A stretch of DNA of 5,836 bases from Candidatus Helarchaeota ASGARD archaeon Hel_GB_B. Lineage in GTDB: Archaea; Asgardarchaeota; Lokiarchaeia; Helarchaeales; HEL-GB-B. How positions within the stretch are numbered: the first letter of the stretch is position 1; every line of letters starts with the position of its first letter. Below are positions 5,836 to 5,836 of this stretch, piece after piece. The notes beneath the pieces are model-generated. The model saw only the letters and a list, made by a program, of their open reading frames with translations. It had not been told where the DNA came from and ran no database searches. The DNA is taken from positions 1 to 5,836 of the forward strand of contig SUPR01000163.1 of NCBI GenBank assembly GCA_005191425.1. Reading direction: 5' to 3'. Made by a program: the position numbers and the translations under genes.

Positions 5836-5836
5836 A

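Overview
AT-rich, apparently archaeal window. Lokiarchaeia/Asgard is an inference from low GC, archaeal pterin-cofactor genes, archaeal-style TATA boxes and the LRR protein style. The left half is a co-oriented cluster: the 3' end of a DUF1464-like gene, a DmrX/DmrB/AfpA-type flavoprotein, and an MJ0107/Orf20-type dihydropteroate-synthase-like protein, together a likely methanopterin-related cofactor operon. An alpha/beta hydrolase follows. The main result is that the ORF track truncates the LRR gene. Its frame is open 79 codons upstream of 3578, to a stop at 3338-3340, and encodes a TIR domain that keeps the catalytic Glu. This gives a ~561-aa TIR-linker-15xLRR protein, probably starting at CTG 3350, whose 69-bp LRR units are a recombined mosaic with variable binding-face residues. 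It is a candidate archaeal immune or pattern-recognition receptor. The track also misses a 36-aa basic Gly/Pro-rich DUF5320-like microprotein on the minus strand (5155-5265). A 5'-truncated membrane protein gene on the minus strand ends the window.
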